Positions 20,599 to 30,028 of a DNA stretch of 64,000 nt are shown in pieces. Made by a program: the position numbers and the translations under genes. Positions within the stretch are counted from its first letter, which is position 1; every line of letters starts with the position of its first letter. The notes under the pieces were generated by a model. It had not been told where the DNA came from. It worked only from the letters and a program-made list of their open reading frames with translations, and made no database searches. This DNA is from a virus (lineage: Duplodnaviria > Caudoviricetes), in the IMG/VR virus record IMGVR_UViG_3300045970_000924, positions 1,749 to 65,748 of that record; one strand, given 5' to 3'.

Positions 20599-21720
20599 AT
20601 GACGATCGTCGCCGGAGACGTGGCCTGCTCCACAGGCCTCGCGGCGCGCATCTTCAACAACCTCCGCTACGACAACCCGTGGCAGGCCTCGACGGCCGGC
20701 GTTGCGGTTGGCGCGGTGTGCTGCCCGACCACGCCCAACGGCATCGGCTACAGGTGCTCGGCGATCACCACCGGCATCACGGGCTCGAGCGAGCCGACGT
20801 GGCCGCTGGTGCTCACCAACACGGTTGTGGACGGCGGGGTCACCTGGACCGCGCAGGACGTCGCCAGCCCGAGCGGCAAGGCGCATCCGCCGCCGGCTGT
20901 CGGCGCGATCCCCTCCTACTTCGGCTACGTCCAAACCTCATCCGACCTCGACGGGTTCAGGCTCCTGGCGTGGGATATCGCGAAGGGCGTGATCGACGAG
21001 GTCAACGCGAATAGGTGGGACGGCACCTCGCAGGTCAGCGGCGGAGGTGGCGGCGGCGGGGGAACATGGTCCCTCGCGACGAAGCCGGCTTCGCCCGACT
21101 CGCGGGACGAGGAGTTTGAAGGCGCGGCGTTCTCGGGCTGGACCATCGTGGGGACGCAGGACTCGACCCCCATCGATCCCGACGTCAGCTTCAGCACAGC
21201 GAACCTGTGGCGGCACTCGTGGAACAGCGAGCGGCCCTCATGGCTGATGCTCCAGACCACCAATGCTAGCTCTCTGGTCGGAATCGCGAAGTCCATCACC
21301 ATGGGCACCAACGACATGGTGTGGTGCGGCTTCTCGACCAACGGCGCGGCTGGCTCCGTTGATGGCACCGTAGTTCTCCAGATTGCTACCGCAGGAGGGG
21401 CCGCGAATGTCGCCGGTATTCGCGTCAACCAAATCGCCAACTCTGTATCGTACTTCCTGGGTGGCGGCTCCGACGTAGGGGTGGGCTATACCAGGATGAC
21501 GGCGGTGAGCCTTTGCCCGATCCACTTCATGGGAATCCGGAAGATCGGAACCACCTACCGATTCGTGGTGGCGGACGAGTTCGGTAGTTGGTATGAAATC
21601 GGCAACGGCAGCAACGCCAGCACGCCGGGCGAACTGCGCGTGCGGTCTGCCAACTCGTTGACCAATGCCATCACCGGCGTTGACTTCGTCAGATTCCGAG
21701 CGGGCGCTGGATATCCATGA
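20599..21720 (+). CDS. Baseplate-associated multi-domain protein, possible receptor-binding protein
   Basis: Aromatic carbohydrate-binding-like module (PWQAST...EPTWP...VVDGGVTWT), Gly linker, beta-rich C-terminal domain with visibly lower GC. Confidence 0.65.
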   Translation: MTIVAGDVACSTGLAARIFNNLRYDNPWQASTAGVAVGAVCCPTTPNGIGYRCSAITTGITGSSEPTWPLVLTNTVVDGGVTWTAQDVASPSGKAHPPPAVGAIPSYFGYVQTSSDLDGFRLLAWDIAKGVIDEVNANRWDGTSQVSGGGGGGGGTWSLATKPASPDSRDEEFEGAAFSGWTIVGTQDSTPIDPDVSFSTANLWRHSWNSERPSWLMLQTTNASSLVGIAKSITMGTNDMVWCGFSTNGAAGSVDGTVVLQIATAGGAANVAGIRVNQIANSVSYFLGGGSDVGVGYTRMTAVSLCPIHFMGIRKIGTTYRFVVADEFGSWYEIGNGSNASTPGELRVRSANSLTNAITGVDFVRFRAGAGYP

Positions 21721-21768
21721 TCGGCGTTCTTTGTCAGATGAAGACGACCCCAATCCCTGAGGTGGTGA

Positions 21769-22122
21769 ATGACGGTCCGCAACCTCAAACTGGGCCTGAC
21801 CGGGGACCTCTCGTTCTCCGGCGGCAACTTCGCGATGGTCTCCGACAACGAGGCGATCGGGCAGGCCTGCAACTGCGCTCTCCGCCTCGTGCAGGGAGAG
21901 TGGTTCCTCGACCCCTCGATCGGCGTGCCCTACCGGACCGCCGTCTTCGTCAAGGCCCCCTCGACAGCCAGGATGAAGCAGGTCTTCACCAACGCGCTCC
22001 TCTCGGTGAAGGGCGTCGCCTCGGTGGCGACGCTGGACCTCGCGGTGAGCAAGGACCGCAAGCTGACGGTGGCCTATACCGCGCTCGGTAGCTCCGGTGC
22101 GCTCATCACTGGGGGCATCTAA
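21769..22122 (+). CDS. Baseplate wedge/sheath initiator (gp25-like)
   Basis: QGEWFLDPSIGVPY motif; GAGGTGG RBS. Confidence 0.75.
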   Translation: MTVRNLKLGLTGDLSFSGGNFAMVSDNEAIGQACNCALRLVQGEWFLDPSIGVPYRTAVFVKAPSTARMKQVFTNALLSVKGVASVATLDLAVSKDRKLTVAYTALGSSGALITGGI

Positions 22123-23511
22123 ATGGCGTACGGTCTCCTCTCGACGGGGTACCTCCCCGAGCCTCTCGCGGCGCTCGTGGCCGATCTCGAGGCCGACTTC
22201 CAAGCGGCATTCGGCGCCGACTTCGACCTCAGCGCCGAGGGGCCTGCCGGGCAGTTCATCGGCATCCTCGCAGAGCGTCTTGCTACCGTCTGGCAGCTCG
22301 GGGGCGCGGTCTACAACGCGGGCTACCCCGACACCGCCAGCGGGAGCGCGCTGGACGACCTCTGCGCGATCACCGGCTGCTTCCGCCTCCCCGCCACCAA
22401 GAGCACCGACGTCGTGGTGGGCATCGGCACCAACGGCACCGTGCTGGCCCCGGGCCTCGCGCTGAAGACCGGCGCGAACGGCAACAGCTTCGCCAGCTCC
22501 GCCAGCGCGACGATCGCCACGCTCTCGGCCTGGGCAGGTGGTGGCTCCTACTCCGCGTTCTCTTCGATCGCGGTGGGCGCGCTGGTAACGAACGCGGGCA
22601 ACATCTACGCGTGCACCGCGGCCATCGCGGTGGCCACCTCGGCGCCCACGGGCACCGGCGCGAGCATCGCGGACGGCACGGGCACCTGGCGCTACATTGG
22701 CGCGGGCAGCGCGGCCGCGGGCATCCTCGTGCTCGGCGCGGCGACCGGCCCGCTCACCGCGCCGGCCGGGACCATCACCACGATCTCGACGCCAGTTGTG
22801 GGCCTCACCTCGGTGAGCAACCCGATCGACGCGGTGCCCGGAACGAACATCGAGACCGACGCGGCCCTGCGCATCCGGCGCGCCGCCTCGCTGCAGCAGT
22901 CGGGCACGGCGCCCGTGCAAGCCCTCCGCGCGGCCCTTCTTCAGGTATCAGGGGTGACGGCCGCCTACGCATACGAGAACCCCACGGATGCCGTGGACGG
23001 TTCTGGTCGCCCGCCGCACTCGGTGGAGTGTCTCGTGCAGGGTGGCACCGATGCTGCCGTGGCGATGGCGATCTGGAATGCAAAGGCGGCGGGGATCGCC
23101 TCCACGGGTGGCTCGATCGAGACCGTCACCGACCCGGTCACGGGCGCGGCCTACAGCGTCTGGCTCTCGCGTCCAGTGGTGACGCCGATCTACGTGGAAG
23201 TCACCGTGAAGAAGGGCAGCACCTACGCGACGGGCGGCGTCGGCGCGGCGGCGGTGAAGGCGGCGATCGTCGCCTACGCCAATGGTCTCGTCTCGGCGCT
23301 GGGAGGCACGGCCTACACCGTGGGGCAGACCGTCTATGCCGGCCCGCTGGCGGCGGCAGTTCTCGACGCGCTCCCGCCTCCGTACCTGCTGGACGTCACC
23401 TCCCTCTTCATCGGGACTTCGCCAGGGCCCACAACCAGCACGCCGCTGACGATGCTCTACTCGCAGCTGCCCGACTTCCAGACCGCGAACATCACCGTCA
23501 TCGAGACCTAG
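22123..23511 (+). CDS. Baseplate J-like wedge protein with an inserted module
   Basis: PDTASGSALD, GTNIETDAALRIR, YENPT, PPHSVECLVQGG, KAAGI. Confidence 0.9.
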   Translation: MAYGLLSTGYLPEPLAALVADLEADFQAAFGADFDLSAEGPAGQFIGILAERLATVWQLGGAVYNAGYPDTASGSALDDLCAITGCFRLPATKSTDVVVGIGTNGTVLAPGLALKTGANGNSFASSASATIATLSAWAGGGSYSAFSSIAVGALVTNAGNIYACTAAIAVATSAPTGTGASIADGTGTWRYIGAGSAAAGILVLGAATGPLTAPAGTITTISTPVVGLTSVSNPIDAVPGTNIETDAALRIRRAASLQQSGTAPVQALRAALLQVSGVTAAYAYENPTDAVDGSGRPPHSVECLVQGGTDAAVAMAIWNAKAAGIASTGGSIETVTDPVTGAAYSVWLSRPVVTPIYVEVTVKKGSTYATGGVGAAAVKAAIVAYANGLVSALGGTAYTVGQTVYAGPLAAAVLDALPPPYLLDVTSLFIGTSPGPTTSTPLTMLYSQLPDFQTANITVIET

Positions 23512-23515
23512 CGCC

Positions 23516-24091
23516 ATGGCCTACGGCAACGTCACGCAGGTCACCACTCACGCGGTGGCCGCGCAGGGGCGTCTCGTCTCGCAGTACGTGGACAAGCCGA
23601 ACCTGCTGGCGCTGATCGGCATCGTCGGGGCTCGAGTCCAGGCGGTGGAGAACACGCTTTGGGACGTGCTCACGCTGCGGTCCCTGGCGAGCGCCACGGG
23701 GCAGCAGCTCGACAACATCGGCAAGCTGGTGGGGCTGGCGCGGGGCAGCGTCGTCGGCGGCGAGGATGACGCGGTCTACCGGACGTGGCTCCGGGTGCAG
23801 GTGCTCATCAACGCGAGCCGGGGCACGGCGCCTGACCTCCTCGGGATCGTGCTGGCGGCGTTCCCCTTGGTCACGGTGCGAGCCATCGACTCTGGCCCCG
23901 CGTCGGTGGTGGTGCGGGTGGTCGGCGCGGTGTCGCAGCCCACGGCGCTCTCGGCGGCGCTCCAACTTGCGAAGGCGGGCGGCGTGAAGCTGCTCACCGA
24001 GTACTTCACGGTCGACCCCGCGCTCGCGTTCACCCTTGACGGCACGAGCGCACAAGCTCTCGACGCTGGCCTCTTCTCAGGAGCTATCTGA
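23516..24091 (+). CDS. Baseplate wedge protein (DUF2612-like)
   Basis: SQYVDKPNL, ATGQQLDNIGKLVGLAR, DDAVYR. Confidence 0.75.
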   Translation: MAYGNVTQVTTHAVAAQGRLVSQYVDKPNLLALIGIVGARVQAVENTLWDVLTLRSLASATGQQLDNIGKLVGLARGSVVGGEDDAVYRTWLRVQVLINASRGTAPDLLGIVLAAFPLVTVRAIDSGPASVVVRVVGAVSQPTALSAALQLAKAGGVKLLTEYFTVDPALAFTLDGTSAQALDAGLFSGAI

Positions 24092-24834
24092 TGGCGACCA
24101 AGCCGAGCACGACCCCGCGGTTTGCAGAGACGGCCGGAGGGGCTCCCGCGACGAACATCGCCACGCCTTCGTCGGGCCAGCAGGACACCGGCTGGACGGT
24201 CGGGCAGGCCCCGCCGTCCTCGTACTTCAACTGGTGGATGCGGCTGGTCTACGACTGGATCCTCTACCTGAAGGACGCGGTGTTCACGGCGACCCCGTCG
24301 AGCGGGCTCGCGGGCGTCTCGGGCACGGGCGACGGCGCGGCGGCTGGCGTCTCGGGCACGGGTGGCAGCACCAGCGGGACCGGTGGTGCGTTCACCGGCG
24401 GCGCTACCAACGGCCGGGGTGTCACCGGGCAGGGCACCGGGAGCGGCGACGGCGCTGCGTTCACCGGCGGGGCCACTGGCAACGGCGTGACGGGCTCGGG
24501 CGGTGCGACGAGCGGCTACGGCGGCCAGTTCACGGGCAACAGCGCTGGCGTGAGCGCCACCGGGCAGGGCACTGCGCCAGGCGTCGTCGGATCTGGCAGC
24601 ACCACTGGTGCAGGCGGTGCATTTACCGGTGGAGGCGGTCTTACCGGCGGCCCAGGCGTAAGCGCCGCGGCCGGTGCCGGCACGCTCTCAGGCGGCAGGG
24701 GCGCGATCCATCTCGTGGCCTCGACCGGAGCGGCCGCAGGCGTCGGGTACGGCTGCCAGCCTGGCGACATCACCTGGAACGGAACCAACTTCCTCGTGTG
24801 CAAGACCGCCGGCACTTGGACGGTCCTGATCTAG
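24091..24834 (+). CDS. Gly-rich tail fibre protein
   Basis: PSSGQQDTGW...PPSSYFNWW fibre N-terminus; repeated G-[VA]-x-G-T-G units. Confidence 0.75.
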   Translation: MATKPSTTPRFAETAGGAPATNIATPSSGQQDTGWTVGQAPPSSYFNWWMRLVYDWILYLKDAVFTATPSSGLAGVSGTGDGAAAGVSGTGGSTSGTGGAFTGGATNGRGVTGQGTGSGDGAAFTGGATGNGVTGSGGATSGYGGQFTGNSAGVSATGQGTAPGVVGSGSTTGAGGAFTGGGGLTGGPGVSAAAGAGTLSGGRGAIHLVASTGAAAGVGYGCQPGDITWNGTNFLVCKTAGTWTVLI

Positions 24835-25226
24835 CTGCACCGACCATCGCGCCTGCACAGCAACCCTGCGCCGGCACAGACCCAGGGCTCCGCGCGGCAG
24901 TCGGGCACGCAGCCCGCGCCGTTGCAGATCGCCCCCGGTGAGCAGTCGATGTCGCTGCGGCACTGCTTCACGCAAAGCCCGGCGTCGGTGCAGTCGGCGC
25001 CAGTCGGGCAGGGCGTAGATGTCGAACACTGGACGGAGCAGAAGACGAACTGCGACGTGAGCGTGTAAGCGCAGACCATCGCCGGGCCGCAGACGTTGGG
25101 ATCGCGCAGGCTGCACGGCGCACCCATCCGCCACACCATCGGGTCGGCTGGCTCAGGGAGCGGAGCCAGCGACTCTGCTCCGCACGCCGCCAGCACCATC
25201 AGCATCCCCACCAGAATCACTCGCAT
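24831..25226 (-). CDS. Cys-rich lipoprotein (moron-like, antisense to the late genes)
   Basis: Lipobox VLAACG; GGAGGG RBS; many Cys in disulfide-rich repeats. Confidence 0.75.
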   Translation of the reverse strand: MRVILVGMLMVLAACGAESLAPLPEPADPMVWRMGAPCSLRDPNVCGPAMVCAYTLTSQFVFCSVQCSTSTPCPTGADCTDAGLCVKQCRSDIDCSPGAICNGAGCVPDCRAEPWVCAGAGLLCRRDGRCS

Positions 25227-25305
25227 GGCTACCCTCCCCGCTTTCTGCGCCGCACCCTAGGCAACGCGGAAACACCGAGGCAATCACCGCCAGCGGAGCC
25301 CTCTC

Positions 25306-25809
25306 ATGATGACCCCCCTCAGCGCCCACTGGTCGCTCGAGCAACTCTGCGCGACCTCGCACGGCCCCAACCCGCTCACCGCCTGCGCCCGCTACGGTGC
25401 CCGCGTCGAGCTCGACGAGCTGCGGGCGAACGCCGAGCACCTCGCGAGGGGGATCCTCGATCGGCTCGCAGACCATTTCGGCTGGCGAGTGAGCAGCTGC
25501 TACCGCTCACCTCCGGTGAACGCAGCCGTGGGCGGCTCCCCCAGCAGCGCCCACCTCGTCTTCCTCGCCTGCGACGGCGCGCCGGGAGAAGGGCGGGGCT
25601 CCTTCGCCGACGTCATCCGCAACCTCTCCGCGGCCCCGCCTGCCTGCCTCGACCGGGTGATCTACGAGGTCCGCGGCAAGACGAAGTGGCTCCACGTACA
25701 GGCCACACCTCCCGGGCTCCGCGTGCATCCGCCGCTCTTCTTCCACTCGCCCAAGCCCGGGCAGTACCTCCCCACCACCGCTGCAGTCCTGGCCGGCATC
25801 GCGGCCTGA
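25306..25809 (+). CDS. Endolysin, peptidase M15 family
   Basis: SSCYRSPPVNAAVGGSPSSAHL...ACD and WLHV motifs. Confidence 0.85.
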   Translation: MMTPLSAHWSLEQLCATSHGPNPLTACARYGARVELDELRANAEHLARGILDRLADHFGWRVSSCYRSPPVNAAVGGSPSSAHLVFLACDGAPGEGRGSFADVIRNLSAAPPACLDRVIYEVRGKTKWLHVQATPPGLRVHPPLFFHSPKPGQYLPTTAAVLAGIAA

Positions 25810-25820
25810 AGGAGCGCGTC

Positions 25821-26114
25821 ATGTTCCGAGCGATCTACAACTTCCTCGCCGCGTTCTTCTTCGACGAGTCCGAGTTCGTCAAGATGTCCTCCAAGCTCGT
25901 GGCGAAGGTGCGCGGCGTGCTGATGATCGCGGGCCTCTCGGCCACCGCGCTCTCGGGCGAGATCATCGAGTCGGGCGGTCTCGACCCCAAGTACGCGGGC
26001 AAGATCAAGCTCGCGGGGATCATCGTCGCGGGCCTCTCGGTCATGCTGCGCGCTGGCGACAAGACGCCGGAGAGCGTGAAGGCGCTCGCGGCCGAGACCC
26101 CGAGCGCGCAGTGA
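25821..26114 (+). CDS. Putative holin (two TM segments)
   Basis: AAGGAG RBS; two hydrophobic helices; adjacent to the endolysin. Confidence 0.55.
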   Translation: MFRAIYNFLAAFFFDESEFVKMSSKLVAKVRGVLMIAGLSATALSGEIIESGGLDPKYAGKIKLAGIIVAGLSVMLRAGDKTPESVKALAAETPSAQ

Positions 26115-26716
26115 GAGCGTTCCTCCGCCGAACCATCGCGCTGGTCTGCCTGCTCTTCGGCTGCACCACCACCTCCGCCACCGAGCGGCGCGCCGACCTC
26201 ACCACCAGCGCCCGCGAGGTCACGGCCTCCGCCACCAGCACCCACGACGTCGAGACCCGTGACGTGGAGCAGGGGCCGACGATCGAGACCTCCTGCGAGG
26301 GCAGGGCGGACGACTGCGCCCGGGCGCTCCTCGACGCGCTGGCGACCCAGCCCCCCGAGGCCGACTCGGGGCAGGCAGATGCCGGCGCGCCGCGCGCGAG
26401 CGGCCCGGTGAAGGTGACGCGCAAGGTGACGCTGCCCATCGGCGCCGACCCCCGCCTGCCTCCCGCGCCCGGGCCCACCGCGCCAGCCTTCCGCGAGACC
26501 GAGCGCATCGACCACTCGGCCAGCAGCACCGCGGCCAGCGAGAAGGACGACGACTCGCACCTGAAAGACGAGCAGGAGACCACCCGTACGACCGACCTCG
26601 GATTCTCGTGGCAGGTCAAGGCGGGCATCCTCGCAGCGGTCCTGCTCGCGCTCTTCCTCGCCTACCGCTTCACGCCGCCCGGGCGCTCGCTGGCAGCGCT
26701 CATCAGCAAGGCTTGA
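26111..26716 (+). CDS. Putative unimolecular spanin-like lipoprotein
   Basis: N-terminal lipobox LLFGC plus C-terminal TM AGILAAVLLALFLAY; lies in the lysis cassette. Confidence 0.55.
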   Translation: MRAFLRRTIALVCLLFGCTTTSATERRADLTTSAREVTASATSTHDVETRDVEQGPTIETSCEGRADDCARALLDALATQPPEADSGQADAGAPRASGPVKVTRKVTLPIGADPRLPPAPGPTAPAFRETERIDHSASSTAASEKDDDSHLKDEQETTRTTDLGFSWQVKAGILAAVLLALFLAYRFTPPGRSLAALISKA

Positions 26717-26749
26717 GCAGAGCCACCCTCACCGCCGTGTTGAGGCCTC

Positions 26750-28015
26750 ATGTCCCTCCTGTGGACGCCAGAGCGTGTTGCTGAGGCGCGTGGGCTCGTT
26801 GACGCGCACCTTGGCGACCGGAAGAAGGCCGCCGCCGCCATCACCTCCCGCTGGCGCCACATCGTCACCGTCAACGCGCTCAACAAGGCGCTGCGCAACG
26901 CGACCGAGCGAGAGACGCTGAGCAACCTTCCGGCGTCTCCGGATAGTTGGCCGGACAACGACCCCCTCGATCGCACGGACGAGATGCTGCCGCTCACCGC
27001 GGAGCAGCTTGAAGTAAGCGATCAAAGGGCGCAGCCAAACCCCGCCCTTCGTCCGTTGGAATCGAGAAGTGAAGCCGTAAAAGACCCACCGGAAGAACCG
27101 GAGCCGCGCAAAGCCCAGGCATCCAGCGCCGCCCGGGCTCGAGTGATCCACCCGCCCGAGGGTGGCCTTCCGCTGGCAGACCTGATCAGCCACCGCATCG
27201 CCCGCTACGACGCGAAGGCGCGACAGGAGCGGGGCCGGCGCCTCATCCCGGTGGTGATGCCCGACGATCAGCCGGTCGGCATCCTCCACCTGGGCGACCC
27301 ACACCTCGATGACGACGGCTGCGACCTGCGCAAGGTGCAGGCCCACGCCGAGATCGTCCGCTCCACGCCCGGGCTCTACGCCGCGTGCGTTGGCGATTTC
27401 TCGAATAATTGGATCGGTCGCCTCCAGGCGCTCTACGGGGCGCAGGCGACCACCGAGGGCGAGAGCTGGCGGCTGGTGGAGTGGTTCGTGCGGGACCTGC
27501 TTGGACCGCACTGGCTCTACGCCATCGGCGGCAACCACGACGCGTGGTCCGGCGCAGGCGACCCGCTGCAGTGGATCTGCGGTGCAGCGGGCGTGCTCTA
27601 CCAAGACTCGGAGGTGCGGCTCGAGCTCCGGCTGCCCGGCGGCCACCGCATCCGCATCCACGGCCGGCACGAGTTCAAGGGCCGCTCGATGTACAACGAC
27701 ACGCACGCGCAGATGCGGGCGCTCATCTTCGGCAACCGCGACCACATGGCCATCAGCGGCCACACGCACAAGAGCGGCTACTCGACGCTCAAGTGCCCCG
27801 AGACCGGGATCGCGATGCACGCGCTCCAGGTCGCTGCCTACAAGGACTTCGACCACTACGCGAGGGAGCAGGGCTTCCCCGACAAGGCGCTCGGTCCTTG
27901 CGCGGTCACGGTGATCAACCCGCGCCTCGACCCGCTCCACCCCGACCTGGTCAAGGTGTTCTGGGACCCTACCGAGGGCGCCGACTACCTCACCTTCCTG
28001 CGAGGCCGCAAGTGA
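26750..28015 (+). CDS. Metallophosphoesterase (calcineurin-like)
   Basis: GDPH, VGD, GNHD, GHTH motifs. Confidence 0.85.
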   Translation: MSLLWTPERVAEARGLVDAHLGDRKKAAAAITSRWRHIVTVNALNKALRNATERETLSNLPASPDSWPDNDPLDRTDEMLPLTAEQLEVSDQRAQPNPALRPLESRSEAVKDPPEEPEPRKAQASSAARARVIHPPEGGLPLADLISHRIARYDAKARQERGRRLIPVVMPDDQPVGILHLGDPHLDDDGCDLRKVQAHAEIVRSTPGLYAACVGDFSNNWIGRLQALYGAQATTEGESWRLVEWFVRDLLGPHWLYAIGGNHDAWSGAGDPLQWICGAAGVLYQDSEVRLELRLPGGHRIRIHGRHEFKGRSMYNDTHAQMRALIFGNRDHMAISGHTHKSGYSTLKCPETGIAMHALQVAAYKDFDHYAREQGFPDKALGPCAVTVINPRLDPLHPDLVKVFWDPTEGADYLTFLRGRK

Positions 28016-28090
28016 GCGCGCATCCCTGCCAGGGCGGCTCCGAGAATGGGTGCCAGTGGTGCGCGGGCGGATGCATGACCGGGCGAGGCC

Positions 28091-28327
28091 ATGGCTAGCC
28101 GCAAGCGCAGGCCAGATCCAGCGGCTCCAGCCTCCCCCGAGGACATCTGGCACCTCGCCAGCGCCTACGGCTACCTCTTCGATGCTGACGCCCCGAGCGG
28201 CCTCCTTCTGGCTCTAGAGGCCCTGCTTCGGCGCGCCACCCGCCTCCCCGACGACCCGGACCAGCTGCTCGAGCAAGGCCTCGAGGCCCCGCGCAACGTC
28301 CGCCCCCTGCGCCGCAAGCGCACCTAG
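28091..28327 (+). CDS. Hypothetical protein
   Basis: GAGG RBS; same-strand operon context. Confidence 0.5.
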   Translation: MASRKRRPDPAAPASPEDIWHLASAYGYLFDADAPSGLLLALEALLRRATRLPDDPDQLLEQGLEAPRNVRPLRRKRT

Positions 28328-28389
28328 CCCCTCCCCATCACCCGCAGTCCACCACCACCCCTCCCGCACTGGGAGAGGAAGGCATCGCC

Positions 28390-28797
28390 GTGGCCAACTT
28401 CACGAACGAAGGCTCGAACTACCTCCTCAACGCGATGGCCAAGGGCGCGACCATCGCCGCCGACACGCTCTACATCGCCCTCTGCACCGCCGCTCCGACC
28501 GCCACCTCGACGCTCGCGACGATCAGCGAGCACACGACCGTGGGCGGCTACGCCCGCAAGCAGTGGACGAGCGCGAACGCCAACCTGGGTGGCACCGGCA
28601 ACTCGGTGCTCTCGATGGGCGCGGCGGTCCAGTGGGGCACCGGCATCACGCTGACCGCGGCCACGCACTGGGTGCTCTGCACCACGGCGTCGGGCACGGC
28701 GGGCAAGTGCATCGCCTGGGGCGCGCTCTCGGCCACGCGCAGCCTGACGACGGCTGACACGCTCACCGAGAACATCACCTCGATCGCGATCACCTAA
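28390..28797 (+). CDS. Small virion fibre/collar-type structural protein
   Basis: LYIALCTAAPT...E...GGYARK motif common in phage fibre-module proteins. Confidence 0.7.
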   Translation: MANFTNEGSNYLLNAMAKGATIAADTLYIALCTAAPTATSTLATISEHTTVGGYARKQWTSANANLGGTGNSVLSMGAAVQWGTGITLTAATHWVLCTTASGTAGKCIAWGALSATRSLTTADTLTENITSIAIT

Positions 28798-28801
28798 GCC
28801 G

Positions 28802-29071
28802 ATGGACCCCGCGCTCGCTGCTGTCTTCATCGAGGCCGCTGTCCGATTCGCCTACGACGCGGCGCCGGACGAGGTGTTCGACCTAGCCGTCAGCGGCGAC
28901 GACGCCAGCGGCTACGTCCTGAGCTACTCGCTCTATCCCCGGATGTCGTCACAGCACGAATCCCCGACGCACCTCGGCGCGTTCGGGGATGCCGTGTCCA
29001 CGCTGCTCGCTGCCATCGCAGACCACGGCGGCGACAACGCAGCCCTGCTCGCGCAGGGACAGTCGCTCTAG
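28802..29071 (+). CDS. Hypothetical protein
   Basis: ORF fills the gap between structural genes. Confidence 0.5.
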   Translation: MDPALAAVFIEAAVRFAYDAAPDEVFDLAVSGDDASGYVLSYSLYPRMSSQHESPTHLGAFGDAVSTLLAAIADHGGDNAALLAQGQSL

Positions 29072-29080
29072 GAGGCTACG

Positions 29081-30013
29081 ATGACCCTCAAGCACGCCTT
29101 CGTCAGCGCGAAGTCGGACAGCGCCGATGCCACGATCGTCAACGCCTCCAACTGGAACGCGGAGCACATTCCCGACGCTGACGGCATCGTGTTCACGGCG
29201 GGCAGCACCGACCCGGCAACTCCGGCGAGCGGCTTCCTCAACCTCTACGCCAAGCTCATCGCGGGCAGGGCGATGGCAAAGTGGATCGGTCCGGCCGGCG
29301 TGGACACCCCGATCCAGCCGTTCCTCGGAATGAACCACATCCGATCGCTGGTCGTGGGCGGCGCTGCGGCAGCCACGACGCTCTACAGCGCCATTGCCAG
29401 CGGATACACGCTGACGGCAACGACCTACGCGATGGTCACGCCGACCACCGGGTCCGTGCGGTCCAAGGCGCGCATGGGGACGCAGGCGACGAACGCCACG
29501 GCGGGGCAGCTCGCCACGCTGCGATGGAACTACCTCGAGTGCGCGGCAGAGACGGGCTACTTCTTCGTCGCCAGGTTCGGCATCGCGGGCACGATGCAGG
29601 CGGGCCAGCGCGGCTTCTTCGGACTCTGGGACGCCGTCTCGACCCCGACCAACATCGTCATCAGCACGGAGACGACGCGCCGCAAGGTGGGTCTGGGGTT
29701 CGAGCTGAACACCGGCAACTGGAAGCTCTACAACAGCAATGCGGCGGCGGCGACCGTGCTCGACCTCGGCGGAAGCTTCCCGCTCAACACCACCGATCTA
29801 ATCGAGTTGATCCTGTACTCGCCGCCCGGCGGAACGACCGTCCAGTATCGGGTCACGAACCTATCGTCTGGGGCGGTTGCCAGCGGAACGCTCTCGTCCA
29901 ACATCCCCGTCACCTCGACGTACCTTGCCCCGGTGATGTGGATCACCAACAACGCAACTGCGGGCATCAGCACGATGACGGTCAAGAGCATCTACCTAGA
30001 GACCGACACCTAG
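29081..30013 (+). CDS. Fibre-like structural protein with a beta-rich C-terminal domain
   Basis: AGGAGG RBS; KHAFVSAKSD...SNWNAEH N-terminal motif seen in phage fibre proteins. Confidence 0.7.
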   Translation: MTLKHAFVSAKSDSADATIVNASNWNAEHIPDADGIVFTAGSTDPATPASGFLNLYAKLIAGRAMAKWIGPAGVDTPIQPFLGMNHIRSLVVGGAAAATTLYSAIASGYTLTATTYAMVTPTTGSVRSKARMGTQATNATAGQLATLRWNYLECAAETGYFFVARFGIAGTMQAGQRGFFGLWDAVSTPTNIVISTETTRRKVGLGFELNTGNWKLYNSNAAAATVLDLGGSFPLNTTDLIELILYSPPGGTTVQYRVTNLSSGAVASGTLSSNIPVTSTYLAPVMWITNNATAGISTMTVKSIYLETDT

Positions 30014-30028
30014 CGAAGGAGGTGGCTA

